Shown here: one piece after another, positions 1 to 9,503 of the stretch
Layout: each line of letters opens with the position of its first letter
How positions within the stretch are numbered: position 1 is the first letter of the stretch
Source of the DNA: Clostridia bacterium
GTDB lineage: Bacteria; Bacillota; Clostridia; Christensenellales; UBA1242
Direction of reading: 5' to 3'
DNA: 64,000 nt
Assembly: GCA_017503005.1 (NCBI GenBank)
Contig: JAFVTW010000022.1
Location: 46,949-110,948, forward strand
Notes under the pieces: generated by a model
Told to the model about the DNA's origin: nothing
The model's database searches: none
What the model saw: only the letters and a program-made list of their open reading frames with translations
Made by a program: the position numbers and the translations under genes

Positions 1-2
1 GT

Positions 3-290
3 AAATGCGAAGTACTTATCAATAGAATAAACTATCGCAAGTTGTACAAAGATGGTGCTGTAGTATCGGTATTTTTAGACCCACCTAGAATAGGTGCTCA
101 AGTGTCTGTACTAGAGGAAATTAATAAGTTAAATCCGTATAGGTTAGTGTACCTAAGTTGTAATCCTAAGACACTCGCTAGAGATCTAAAAGTCCTTACA
201 GATTATGGATTTAAGATTGAAACCGTACAACCATTCGATATGTTTCCACACACTAGCCATGTAGAGACATTAGTTGTGCTTTCAAAATAA
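3..290 (+). CDS. RNA (uracil-5-)-methyltransferase, RumA/TrmA family, C-terminal part (5' end outside window)
   Basis: Frame is open from the window edge. C-terminal class I SAM-MTase motifs FLDPPRIGA and VYLSCNPKTLARD...FDMFPHTSHVE are present. Confidence 0.8.
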   Translation, partial: KCEVLINRINYRKLYKDGAVVSVFLDPPRIGAQVSVLEEINKLNPYRLVYLSCNPKTLARDLKVLTDYGFKIETVQPFDMFPHTSHVETLVVLSK

Positions 291-301
291 TAAGAGGTGG
301 T

Positions 302-574
302 GTGATGAGGGAGAAATTGTATCACATAGATTACTACAAGCAGGTTGGTAGGGACATAGTGTATGCAGTGCTTAGAGAAGATAATTGGTATGCATTTTTC
401 TATTTGCCAGAGAATGGTTCGTGGGAATTGTCTTCTATTAATTTTAACTTTTTGAAAAAAGACTTTGAGTATGTTCAAATAGAGAAAGATATTGCAATTG
501 ATTTTGCAAACAACAAACCTGTAGATCAATTTTTTACTAAAATGTTTGGTTTTAAAATTACTAGGGAGGATTAA
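302..574 (+). CDS. hypothetical small protein (90 aa)
   Basis: ORF tightly packed after the methyltransferase gene, with GAGGTGG upstream of the start. No recognisable motif. Confidence 0.4.
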   Translation: MMREKLYHIDYYKQVGRDIVYAVLREDNWYAFFYLPENGSWELSSINFNFLKKDFEYVQIEKDIAIDFANNKPVDQFFTKMFGFKITRED

Positions 575-577
575 TTT

Positions 578-835
578 ATGGAAACTAGTCAAACCTTTTA
601 TACTATTGCATATATCGACAAAGATGATTATGAGTATGTAGATATGTTAAAAGTTGATTTTGAGAACAAAACATATGTGATATACAAAAATCAAGATTCT
701 ATGATTTTGGGTGGCGAAGACGAAGATGGTAATATTTCGTATGAAACTTATGTGGAACCTATCATTTTTGAAATAATTATAGAGGGGATTCAAAAAAGAG
801 GTTTTGCCGAAATACAATATGCAGAAGACAACTAA
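578..835 (+). CDS. small acidic protein, paralog A (85 aa)
   Basis: RBS AGGGAGG lies upstream. Shares FYTI(A/T)Y..(D/E)(D/E)(Y/F)EY...K(T)(Y/F) and a C-terminal G(I/L)(I)QK(R)GF(A/K)EI pattern with the next ORF. Confidence 0.5.
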   Translation: METSQTFYTIAYIDKDDYEYVDMLKVDFENKTYVIYKNQDSMILGGEDEDGNISYETYVEPIIFEIIIEGIQKRGFAEIQYAEDN

Positions 836-871
836 GACTAAAATATTTTTGTTTTATTAGGAGATAATATT

Positions 872-1153
872 ATGAGTAAAGAATTAGAAATTCAAAATTT
901 GGATAACCCACTAGTAGACCAAATTTTCTATACTATTACATATGTGGAAGAAGATGAGTTTGAGTATGCTCATTGTATACACATTTTCTTAGATACCAAA
1001 ACATTTAAGGTGACAAACAATATTCCAGTGAAGCACCTAGAACACTACTATGAATACGACAAAAAACATCATGCACATTATCTAGAGCATATAGTATTTG
1101 ATGCTTTATATGATGGATTGATACAAAAAGGATTTAAAGAAATAGATGTCTAA
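872..1153 (+). CDS. small acidic protein, paralog B (93 aa)
   Basis: RBS AGGAG lies upstream. Collinear motif similarity to ORF 578-835. Confidence 0.5.
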   Translation: MSKELEIQNLDNPLVDQIFYTITYVEEDEFEYAHCIHIFLDTKTFKVTNNIPVKHLEHYYEYDKKHHAHYLEHIVFDALYDGLIQKGFKEIDV

Positions 1154-1808
1154 AAACAAACAATCAATATTTTTAATAACTGCCGTAGTTATCAACTTTG
1201 CTATATTTGTTTTAGAAGTGGTAGGCATATTTTTGTCTGCATTTGCTTATGGTTGGGGACTATTTGTGTACTACACTCAGCTTTCTAATATTTTTGCACT
1301 ATTAGTTAGTGCAAGTTTTGTAGCTTATGGTATATGTGTTATTGTTTCAAAATCGTACATCATACCACTATGGCTAAAGTTGCTTAGATTTATGGTTACT
1401 TGCTGTCTAGCTGTAACTATGATAGTGGTGTTTGTGGTGCTTATACCTATGATAGGTGAGGGTGGATTTAGACTAATGGTATTAGTAAATGCCACACCAT
1501 ATCATCATTTGATATGCCCACTATTATCTATTATTTCATTTATATTTTTTGAACTAAAACCAGAATTAAATATAAAACACACGGTGTTGGCTTTGGTGCC
1601 TACAATCATATATGGATTAGTAATGTTTTTGCTAAATCTACTAAGGGTTGTAGAAGGACCATATCCGTTTTTACTAGTGTACAATCAGCCATGGTTTATG
1701 ACCATTGTGTGGGCAATAGCTATATTTGGTCTAGCTTATACTATAGGTTGGGCACTGTATTTCGCTAATGCAAAAATAGGTAAAGTTATAAATAAAAACG
1801 ACTTTTAG
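1146..1808 (+). CDS. integral membrane protein (about 6 TM)
   Basis: Strongly hydrophobic 220-aa ORF that overlaps the upstream stop by 8 nt. Confidence 0.6.
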   Translation: MSKNKQSIFLITAVVINFAIFVLEVVGIFLSAFAYGWGLFVYYTQLSNIFALLVSASFVAYGICVIVSKSYIIPLWLKLLRFMVTCCLAVTMIVVFVVLIPMIGEGGFRLMVLVNATPYHHLICPLLSIISFIFFELKPELNIKHTVLALVPTIIYGLVMFLLNLLRVVEGPYPFLLVYNQPWFMTIVWAIAIFGLAYTIGWALYFANAKIGKVINKNDF

Positions 1809-1822
1809 TAAAAGCCGTTTTT

Positions 1823-1984
1823 TTAATTATCATTATATTCTTTTTCACCAGTGTTTAATACTTTAAAACAGAAACTTTTATCTTTAAAACATACGGTTAC
1901 CCACCTACCATCTAGTTTTACTTCTTGTTTTAATTCTTTTTCTAATAACAATTTTAATAATAATGCAAAAGCTTTTTCGTCCAT
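1823..1984 (-). CDS. possible small protein (53 aa, MDEKAFALLLKLLLEKELKQ...)
   Basis: Hand-translated and below the ORF-track cutoff. GGGGGAAATT lies directly upstream of the ATG. Divergent from the XRE gene. Confidence 0.3.
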   Translation of the reverse strand: MDEKAFALLLKLLLEKELKQEVKLDGRWVTVCFKDKSFCFKVLNTGEKEYNDN

Positions 1985-2102
1985 AATTTCCCCCTGCAAG
2001 TTTAATTTATAGATATTATAACACTTTATTTATCGACGATAAACGATATTTAAAGTTATTTTTTCTAGAATTGTAAAAAATACAGTTGTGGAAGAAATAA
2101 AA

Positions 2103-2543
2103 ATGAATAAGTTTAGGGAAAATTTTATTGAACTATTGAGTGAACATAATTTGTCAAAAAGAGCTTTTGCGATTAAGATTGGTATGCCAGAAAGTACTAT
2201 TAGATCTCAAGCTTTGGGTTGTGTTCCTACAGTGGATAACTTGATAAAGATATGTGATTATTTTGATTGCTCTTGTGATTATATATTAGGTTTAACCGAA
2301 GATAATAACTACAAGAATATAAAGAAAGGTGTCAAATTTGTTTTGAAAGATTTTTATACAAGGTACAATACTGCCAAACTTGGAAAATCTGATTATAGTG
2401 TAGCTAAGTCTATGGGTGTAAACAATGGTGTTATAGCAAACTGGAATGCTGGAAAGACCCCATCTGTAAATCATTTGGCTACTTTAGCAGAAGTTTTGGG
2501 TACATCTGTAGACTATCTTGTGGGTAGAAGTGACAATAAATAA
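2103..2543 (+). CDS. transcriptional regulator with two tandem XRE-type HTH domains
   Basis: Two repeats of the HTH_XRE pattern (LSKRAFAIKIGMPESTI...; SDYSVAKSMGVNNGVIANWNAGKTPS...LGTSVDYLVG). ATG 2103 is preferred over GTG 2088. Confidence 0.75.
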   Translation: MNKFRENFIELLSEHNLSKRAFAIKIGMPESTIRSQALGCVPTVDNLIKICDYFDCSCDYILGLTEDNNYKNIKKGVKFVLKDFYTRYNTAKLGKSDYSVAKSMGVNNGVIANWNAGKTPSVNHLATLAEVLGTSVDYLVGRSDNK

Positions 2544-2553
2544 AAAACCGGAG

Positions 2554-3207
2554 TTATTCTCCAGTCTTTTTATTTTTTTCTTCGTATTCTTTCATTTCGT
2601 TGTATGAGTATATGCAACCACAGTAGTTTTGTCTATATAAGTCGTATTGTCTAGATAGGGTAATGCTTAGTTTGTAGCCGTCCTTTTTCTTGAAATCTGC
2701 TACTAAGTACTTACTTTTTGATTGTAATTTAAGACCTATTTCATTTAGCCAGTCGCTTCGTTTGTATGGACTAACCGATAGGGTGGTGCCGTAGTAGTCA
2801 AACCCTTTATCGTTAGCCAGTTTGCTAGTATACTCTAGTCGTTGCTCGTAGCAAGCATAGCACCTAGCTCCACCTTCTTTTTCGGTTTCGTAGTTATCTA
2901 CTTTTTGCACAAAGTCAAAGAATGTTTGTGGTTCGTGTGGTGGTACTATTATTTTTATTTTTCTAGAAAGGGTCTTGTTTATTTCTTCTATAAATTTTAT
3001 CTGCTCGTTTAGTCTTTTTTCGTACTCATCGTTTGGGTGTATGCAAGGGTTGTAGTAAAGGAGTGTAATGTCGAAAAAATCTTTTAGTTTGGTAATTACG
3101 GCAGTTGAGCATGGCCCACAACAGCTGTGTAGTAGTAGTGTTTGTGTGCCGTCAAAATCTTTTATTAAGTTTTCCATTTCTAAGTTGTAATTAATTTTTT
3201 GTTCCAT
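2554..3207 (-). CDS. queH: epoxyqueuosine reductase QueH (DUF208 family)
   Basis: LLLHSCCGPCS, YYNPCIHP..EYEKR and cysteine pattern CYACY...YCGC are typical of QueH. The internal ATG/GTG start near 3207-3213 is preferred because the 3246 start lies inside the upstream terminator. Confidence 0.8.
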   Translation of the reverse strand: MEQKINYNLEMENLIKDFDGTQTLLLHSCCGPCSTAVITKLKDFFDITLLYYNPCIHPNDEYEKRLNEQIKFIEEINKTLSRKIKIIVPPHEPQTFFDFVQKVDNYETEKEGGARCYACYEQRLEYTSKLANDKGFDYYGTTLSVSPYKRSDWLNEIGLKLQSKSKYLVADFKKKDGYKLSITLSRQYDLYRQNYCGCIYSYNEMKEYEEKNKKTGE

Positions 3208-3277
3208 AATCACATAGATTATATCAAATCGTGCAATAAAAAACAATGAACAATCGTTATGCTCATTGTTTTTTTCG

Positions 3278-3697
3278 TTATTTGTTTTCGTTATGATTGA
3301 TTAATTTTTCGCCAGTGCAGAAGACCACAATGCCTAAGATTGTAAGCACTGTACTAAATCCTACGAGTGTAAAGAATCTGCCCATAGCAAAGAATGGTAC
3401 CATCCATTCTACACTAAAACTAGCATATACGATAATGCCCATTACTAAACATAGGAATGCAAGAGCAGCTATTACTAGACCAGTTAGGAATTTGAAGTCG
3501 TGTTTGATACTAGCTACTATATCTAGTATTATGGTCAAAATTAATATAATAGACCAAATGTAGTATACAATTTTTTGGTATACTGCAACCTCGTGCATTC
3601 CCATAGCAATCATAAATACAATACTTAGTGCTATTGTAAGAATGCTAGTGCCATAGTATGCAATTTGTAACAGAGTCTTTTTGTTTTCTCTATCCAT
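3278..3697 (-). CDS. membrane protein (4 TM)
   Basis: Hydrophobic 139-aa ORF with RBS AGGGGGA upstream. Confidence 0.55.
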   Translation of the reverse strand: MDRENKKTLLQIAYYGTSILTIALSIVFMIAMGMHEVAVYQKIVYYIWSIILILTIILDIVASIKHDFKFLTGLVIAALAFLCLVMGIIVYASFSVEWMVPFFAMGRFFTLVGFSTVLTILGIVVFCTGEKLINHNENK

Positions 3698-3861
3698 AGT
3701 TTCCCCCTTATTTGTTTTAGTTTAGTTTGTATAAAAGTTAGGGGGTATATTCAAAAAAATATTTACAAATTCTGGATTATATGTTAAATTCGACAAGTAT
3801 TTTAAATAAAAACAAAAGTTTACTTGTTTTATGTATAGTATAGGGGGTATAATTTGTTGTT

Positions 3862-4764
3862 ATGTGGGAAGTATTGTTAGAGGCAGTGCTTGATTCTGTA
3901 AAATTATTTCCATTTTTAATTTTATTGTATATTATTATCGAAATTGCAGAAGAAAAGATAAGCACATCAAAACAATTTGTAAAATATACTAATGGTAAAT
4001 ATGCAACAGTAGTAGGTGCAGGATTGGGGTTGGTTCCTCAATGTGGATTTTCGGTAGTTGCTAGTGATTTGTACTCAAGAAAATATATTCGTATGGGGAC
4101 ATTACTTGCTATATTTATAGCTACTAGCGATGAGGCTATACCTATTATATTGTCTAATCCAGACAAGGCATATTTAATTTTTCCTATACTCGCTATTAAG
4201 TTTGTATTTGCTCTAGTGGTAGGTTATGGTGTAGATTTGGTGTATAATTTGATTTGTAAACACCACACTATTGTAGAAATTGTACCGCCTAGTGACGATG
4301 TAGACATACACGACCACGACTTGAATGGTTGTTGTGGGCACGATGTAGTAGAAGAAAGAAACAATCTAAAACAATTCTTTGTGCACCCACTTATACATAG
4401 TCTAAAAATTCTTTTGTATATATTTATTGTCAATTTGGTATTGTCTACCATTATACATTTTGTCGGGGAAGAAAATGTGGTAGGATTTATGCAACGAGTT
4501 AAGTTTGTACAACCACTTATTGTGCCACTAGTAGGACTTATACCAAATTGTGCTAGCTCGGTACTTATTACACAACTGCTACTATTAGATGGTATCAGTT
4601 TTGGCTCTGCTGTAGCAGGACTATGTGTAAATGCCGGTATAGGTTTGGCAGTATTGTTTAAACAAAACAAAAGCATCAAAGAAAACCTGACAGTACTTGG
4701 TATACTATATGGTACAGCAGTGATTTTGGGCTATATTATTACATTATTTGAGGTTATTATATAA
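3862..4764 (+). CDS. multi-pass membrane transporter, ArsP_2 / putative manganese-metal exporter-like family
   Basis: GLVPQCGFSVVASDLY...ATSDEAIPI and a second half IPNCASSVLITQLLL, a duplicated Cys-containing motif recalled for this family. Confidence 0.6.
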   Translation: MWEVLLEAVLDSVKLFPFLILLYIIIEIAEEKISTSKQFVKYTNGKYATVVGAGLGLVPQCGFSVVASDLYSRKYIRMGTLLAIFIATSDEAIPIILSNPDKAYLIFPILAIKFVFALVVGYGVDLVYNLICKHHTIVEIVPPSDDVDIHDHDLNGCCGHDVVEERNNLKQFFVHPLIHSLKILLYIFIVNLVLSTIIHFVGEENVVGFMQRVKFVQPLIVPLVGLIPNCASSVLITQLLLLDGISFGSAVAGLCVNAGIGLAVLFKQNKSIKENLTVLGILYGTAVILGYIITLFEVII

Positions 4765-4794
4765 CAAAAAAGGTTTGGAATTATCCAAACCTTT

Positions 4795-5214
4795 TTACTT
4801 TTCCATGCCTTTTGATTTTGTAATTTTTAAGCCAGAAATATCTTGTTTTTCTGGGCTGAATTTAGATACAAAATGCTCGTATCCTTCGTCGTATATGCTG
4901 TATCCGTGTTTTGCATAAAACTTTCTAACTACAGAGTCTTCTTCGCCTTGAGGGAAGTACTTTCCTTCTATTTCTCTTACTCTCCTAAGAGCACAGTCGT
5001 TTTCCATTAGACGAATTAAGTTTCCGCCTATACCATATTTTCTAAATGGCTCTGCAACTCTTACAATGTACAACCAAGCTTTGCCTTTGTCTACGGAATA
5101 GTTGCAAGTACCTATTACTTGCTCGTTTAGTAGTGCTTCGTAGCTTTGATAAGTTTTGTAGTCAACAAAATTATATGTAATTAATTCTTCTATCTTTTTA
5201 TCCATAATTTTCAC
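4795..5214 (-). CDS. GNAT family N-acetyltransferase
   Basis: Acetyl-CoA binding motif RKYGIGGNLIRLME. Size is 139 aa. Confidence 0.7.
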   Translation of the reverse strand: MKIMDKKIEELITYNFVDYKTYQSYEALLNEQVIGTCNYSVDKGKAWLYIVRVAEPFRKYGIGGNLIRLMENDCALRRVREIEGKYFPQGEEDSVVRKFYAKHGYSIYDEGYEHFVSKFSPEKQDISGLKITKSKGMEK

Positions 5215-5410
5215 CTAATTTTATTTTAGCATATTTACAAAACAAATACAATAGGCTACTTTTTTGATTTTTTACTCTAAATTTGTGTGGTTTTAAAATA
5301 TATATGTTTTACTAACTTTATTAATTATGGTATAATTTTACCGATAAAATGGTAAAATGCGAAAATATGCAGTGTTTTAACTATTTAAATAAATTTAAAA
5401 GGTGCAAAAA

Positions 5411-5692
5411 ATGATTACTAAAAAAGATGTATTGCATGTTGCAAAACTTTCAAAATTAGAATTTAATGAAGACGAAATCGATGCTTTCGTAGAGAATATG
5501 GATTCTATAGTAGGCTATGTAAATACTTTGAGTCAAATCGACACATCTGGTCTAGAAGAAGAACTTACTGCTGTAAATCTAGATGACCTTAGACAAGACG
5601 AAGTACAACCATCTCTACCACAAGAATCTGCTATCCTAAATGCTCCTAAAAAACGAAACGGTGGCTTTAGTGTGCCACAAGTAGTAGAGTAG
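5411..5692 (+). CDS. gatC: Asp/Glu-tRNA amidotransferase subunit C
   Basis: VAKLSKLEF.EDE and conserved operon order gatC-gatA-gatB. ATG 5411 follows RBS AAGGTG. Confidence 0.9.
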   Translation: MITKKDVLHVAKLSKLEFNEDEIDAFVENMDSIVGYVNTLSQIDTSGLEEELTAVNLDDLRQDEVQPSLPQESAILNAPKKRNGGFSVPQVVE

Positions 5693-5702
5693 GAGGGGTA
5701 TT

Positions 5703-7142
5703 ATGGATTACACAAAATTAAGTATTTTAGAATTAGCTAAACTTCTAAGAGAAGGTAAAGTTACTAGTGTAGAGCTTACTAAACAAGTTTTAGCTAAAAT
5801 CAAAGAAAAAGAACATCTTCATGCACTTAATAGTGTAATGGAAGAATATGCTCTAGCTAGAGCTAGCGAAGTTGACCAAATGTTTAGTGAAGGTAAAGAA
5901 TTACCTACACTTGCTGGTATTCCTATCACTATCAAAGACAATATCAACATCAAAGGTTTCAATACTACCTGTTCTAGCAAATTTCTAGAAAACTTCGTAG
6001 CTCCATATAGTGCTACTATTGTAGAAAATCTAGAGAAAAATTATGCTGTAATTGTAGGCAAAAACAATATGGACGAATTTGCTATGGGTTCTTCTACCGA
6101 AAACTCAGCATTTTATCCTTGTCTAAACCCTAGAAACGAAGAATGTGTTCCTGGTGGTAGTAGTGGTGGTAGTGCTGCTGCTGTAGCTGCAGACTTAGGC
6201 TTTGCCAGTGTGGGTACAGATACAGGTGGCTCTGTTAGACAACCAGCTAGTTTGTGTGGTGTAGTAGGTCTAAAACCTACCTATGGTCTAGTATCTCGTT
6301 ATGGTATAGTAGCATTTGCTAGTTCGCTAGACCAAGCAGGTCCTCTAACCAAAACTGTTAAAGATTCTGCTGTTATGCTAAATGCTTTAGCAGGCCACGA
6401 TGCAAAAGAAGAAACTAGTGCAAATGTAGAAAAAGTAGACTATATGGATTCTTTCACAGGTTCTGTAAAGGGTGTAAAAATCGGTCTTATCAAAGAATTC
6501 TTTGGTGAGGGCTTAGACGAAGAAGTAAAGAATGCTATTTTAGATGCTGCAAACTTCTACAAAAGCAAAGGTGCAGAGATTGTAGAAATCAGTATGCCAT
6601 TTGTAGGCAGTGCACTTGCTTGTTATTACATCTTAAGTTCTGCTGAGGCTGCTAGTAACCTATCTAGATTTGATGGTGTAAAATATGGTGTAAGTGTAGA
6701 CGACCCAAAAAATCTAAATGATTTATATCTAAGAAACCGTTCTCAAGGATTTGGTAAAGAAGTTAAGCGCCGTATTATGTTAGGCAACTATGTACTAAGT
6801 AGTGGATACTACGATGCTTATTACAAGAAAGCTAAAAAGGTACAAAGACTATTAGTTCAACAATTTGCAGACACATTTAGTAAATGCGATGTAATCTTGA
6901 GTCCTACTAGTCCTACTGTAGCATTCAAAATAGGCGAAAAGGCAAACGATCCACTAGCTATGTATTTGTCTGATATTTATACTGTTCCTGTAAATATTGC
7001 AGAACTACCTGCTATCAGCATTCCTTGTGGGCTAAACAAAGATAATCTACCTATCGGTATGCAACTAATAGGTAAAAAGTTCTCAGAAAAGACACTATTC
7101 AATGTAGCAGATGTGTTTGAAACTATGAAGGGGGAAAACTAA
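5703..7142 (+). CDS. gatA: Asp/Glu-tRNA amidotransferase subunit A
   Basis: Amidase signature GGSSGGSAAAVA...GTDTGGSVRQPAS. Confidence 0.95.
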   Translation: MDYTKLSILELAKLLREGKVTSVELTKQVLAKIKEKEHLHALNSVMEEYALARASEVDQMFSEGKELPTLAGIPITIKDNINIKGFNTTCSSKFLENFVAPYSATIVENLEKNYAVIVGKNNMDEFAMGSSTENSAFYPCLNPRNEECVPGGSSGGSAAAVAADLGFASVGTDTGGSVRQPASLCGVVGLKPTYGLVSRYGIVAFASSLDQAGPLTKTVKDSAVMLNALAGHDAKEETSANVEKVDYMDSFTGSVKGVKIGLIKEFFGEGLDEEVKNAILDAANFYKSKGAEIVEISMPFVGSALACYYILSSAEAASNLSRFDGVKYGVSVDDPKNLNDLYLRNRSQGFGKEVKRRIMLGNYVLSSGYYDAYYKKAKKVQRLLVQQFADTFSKCDVILSPTSPTVAFKIGEKANDPLAMYLSDIYTVPVNIAELPAISIPCGLNKDNLPIGMQLIGKKFSEKTLFNVADVFETMKGEN

Positions 7143-7143
7143 T

Positions 7144-8556
7144 ATGAAGTACGATACAGTCATAGGTTTAGAAGTTCACTGCGAACTTAAAACTCAAACC
7201 AAATGTTTCTGTGGTTGCAAAAACAACTTCGGTGACGAACCAAACTCAAACTGTTGTCCTGTTTGTTTAGGATTCCCAGGAGCACTTCCAGTACTAAACA
7301 AAAAAGCTGTAGAATATGCAGTAATAGCTGGTCTTGCATTTAATTGTAGTATAAACAACGAAAGTGTGTTTGAGAGAAAAAATTATTTCTACCCAGACCT
7401 TAGTAAAGCATATCAAATTAGCCAACTAGAGAAACCTCTATGTGTAAATGGCTATGTAGAAATCAATGTAGATGGCAAACCAAAGAAAATTAGATTAAAC
7501 AGAATTCACTTAGAAGAAGATGCTGGCAAACTTATTCACGATGGTATAGGTGGAACAGTAGTTGACTACAACCGTGGTGGTGTACCACTTATCGAAATTG
7601 TAACTGAGCCAGATATATCTTCTGCTGAGGAGGCAGTTGCTTTCCTAGAAGCACTTAAAAATACAATCGCATACACAGGCATCTCTGATGTTAAGATGGA
7701 AGAGGGCAGCCTTAGATGTGATGTAAACTTGTCAGTAAAACCAAGTGACAGTGTAGTACTAGGTACTCGTACCGAAATGAAAAATCTAAACAGCTTCAAA
7801 GCAGTATATCGTGCTATCAATTATGAACAAAAAAGACAAATCGAAGAAATCGAAGATGGTCACAAAATTGTTCAAGAAACACTTAGATGGGACGACAACA
7901 TCGGTGAAAGTAAGTCTATGAGATCAAAGGAAGATAGTCAAGACTATCGTTACTTCCCAGACCCAGACCTACTACCTGTATATATTTCAAACGAACAAAT
8001 TGAAAGTTTGAAAAACAGCATTCCTAAACTTCCTAGTGAGCTAAAACAAATCTATCTAGGTTATGGACTTAGCGACTATGATGCTAGTCTGCTTGTAGAA
8101 TCAAAGGCAATCAGTGATTATTTCAACGAAGTGCTTAGCTATGTAAACGAGCCAAAGATTGTTGCAAACTTTATCATCAACGAAGTTCTTCGCAAATTGA
8201 AAGAGTGTAACGAAAACAAAATGAAAGCTCAAGAACTTAGCGAACTAGTTACACTTGTAGCAAAGAAAGAAATCAGTGCTACTGCTGGTAAACAAGTATT
8301 TGAAAAAATGTGGGAAACAGGCAAGTCAGCTAATGTACTTGTAGAAGAATTAGGTCTAAAGCAAGTAAACAATGATGACGAGCTATTAAGCTATGTGGTA
8401 GCTGCTATTCAAAACAATCCACAATCTGTAGCTGACTACAAGTCTGGCAAACTAAGTGCTATAGGCTTCTTAGTGGGACAAGTAATGAAAGCTAGTAAGG
8501 GTAAAGCAAATCCACAAAAAGTAAACGAAATGTTAAAGGCAGAACTAGAGAAATAA
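7144..8556 (+). CDS. gatB: Asp/Glu-tRNA amidotransferase subunit B
   Basis: VIGLEVHCEL.T.TK.FC, RIHLEEDAGK and YRYFPDPDL motifs. Confidence 0.95.
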   Translation: MKYDTVIGLEVHCELKTQTKCFCGCKNNFGDEPNSNCCPVCLGFPGALPVLNKKAVEYAVIAGLAFNCSINNESVFERKNYFYPDLSKAYQISQLEKPLCVNGYVEINVDGKPKKIRLNRIHLEEDAGKLIHDGIGGTVVDYNRGGVPLIEIVTEPDISSAEEAVAFLEALKNTIAYTGISDVKMEEGSLRCDVNLSVKPSDSVVLGTRTEMKNLNSFKAVYRAINYEQKRQIEEIEDGHKIVQETLRWDDNIGESKSMRSKEDSQDYRYFPDPDLLPVYISNEQIESLKNSIPKLPSELKQIYLGYGLSDYDASLLVESKAISDYFNEVLSYVNEPKIVANFIINEVLRKLKECNENKMKAQELSELVTLVAKKEISATAGKQVFEKMWETGKSANVLVEELGLKQVNNDDELLSYVVAAIQNNPQSVADYKSGKLSAIGFLVGQVMKASKGKANPQKVNEMLKAELEK

Positions 8557-8620
8557 TTTGTTTTTGTATTGTAAATATATATTTAATGTCAAAAACAGAA
8601 TAGTTTTGGTTTAAATATCA

Positions 8621-8653
8621 AACAGAGTCCAAATTTTTGGGCTCTGTTTTTTG
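8621..8653 (+). terminator. intrinsic terminator after gatB
   Basis: 10-bp stem aacagagtcc/gggctctgtt followed by a T-run. Confidence 0.6.
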
Positions 8654-8740
8654 TTTAAAACAATTTAATGTTTAAAAAAATTGTAAATTATTTTTTTATA
8701 TGATACACTTTGGGTGTATTAAAATAAAGGGGGATAAAAA

Positions 8741-9436
8741 ATGGCTGTTCAAATTTGTCTATGTGTTTTAGCAGTATTAACTACAGCACTATTCATTTTT
8801 GTTCGTGTTACCAAAGGTGGAGTATGGGGTATCCTTACCAAAACCTTAGCAAGCTTTTGCTTTGTATTGTACGGTGTAATGAGCTTTACTCAAATTACAT
8901 GGTTCAATGTTGGTAGTGTGTTCATTATAATGGGTCTAGTATGTGGTTTGATCGGCGACATTGTTCTAGATTTGAAATATGTGTACAAAGAAAGCAATGA
9001 CACTTATCTAAATGCAGGAATGTTATCATTCTCTGTAGGTCATATCTTCTACTTTGCAGGCACAATTCTATTCACAAACGGAACAATCGATTTGTTGTTG
9101 CCTATCTTAGTTGCTGCAGGTGTTGCACTTCTTCTAACTCCAGCTACAATTTTTGGTGGCAAAAAAATGGGTTTAGATTTCGGCAAGTTCTTCTGGCAAA
9201 GCACAGGTTATAGTTTCCTACTTAACTTTATGACAGTATTCTCAATCTATTTGGCTTGCTTGTCTCTAGACTTTGTAGTTCTAGCTGTAGGTATGGGCTT
9301 GTTCTTACTTAGCGACCTTGTATTGTCTATGCAATACTTTGGTGGCAAAGTTGAAGATAAGTTCCTTACAACTATAAACCATGCAACATACTATGCTGCT
9401 CAAATTTTGATTGCTACATTTTTGTTTATGTTTTAA
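8741..9436 (+). CDS. YhhN-family (lysoplasmalogenase-like) membrane protein, copy 1
   Basis: GLIGDIVLD, GHIFYF and LSDLVLS motifs in a polytopic protein. Confidence 0.7.
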   Translation: MAVQICLCVLAVLTTALFIFVRVTKGGVWGILTKTLASFCFVLYGVMSFTQITWFNVGSVFIIMGLVCGLIGDIVLDLKYVYKESNDTYLNAGMLSFSVGHIFYFAGTILFTNGTIDLLLPILVAAGVALLLTPATIFGGKKMGLDFGKFFWQSTGYSFLLNFMTVFSIYLACLSLDFVVLAVGMGLFLLSDLVLSMQYFGGKVEDKFLTTINHATYYAAQILIATFLFMF

Positions 9437-9503
9437 TTAAAAACTTAAACTATCAAAATTTAATACAAAAAAAAGAAACCCATTTGTTTGGGTTTCTTTT
9501 TTA

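Noticed and set aside
203-592. Antisense or shadow ORFs overlapping confident genes. Examples: 203-592, 4224-4679, 7566-7820, 11978-12229, 19538-19918, 20030-20257, 27112-27513, 27647-27979, 42531-42785, 42880-43194, 52327-52701, 56261-56613, 57847-58086, 60579-60815, 61652-61894, 62797-63253.
   Set aside because: Each lies opposite to, or out of frame with, a gene that has clear family motifs. None has an RBS or a recognisable motif.
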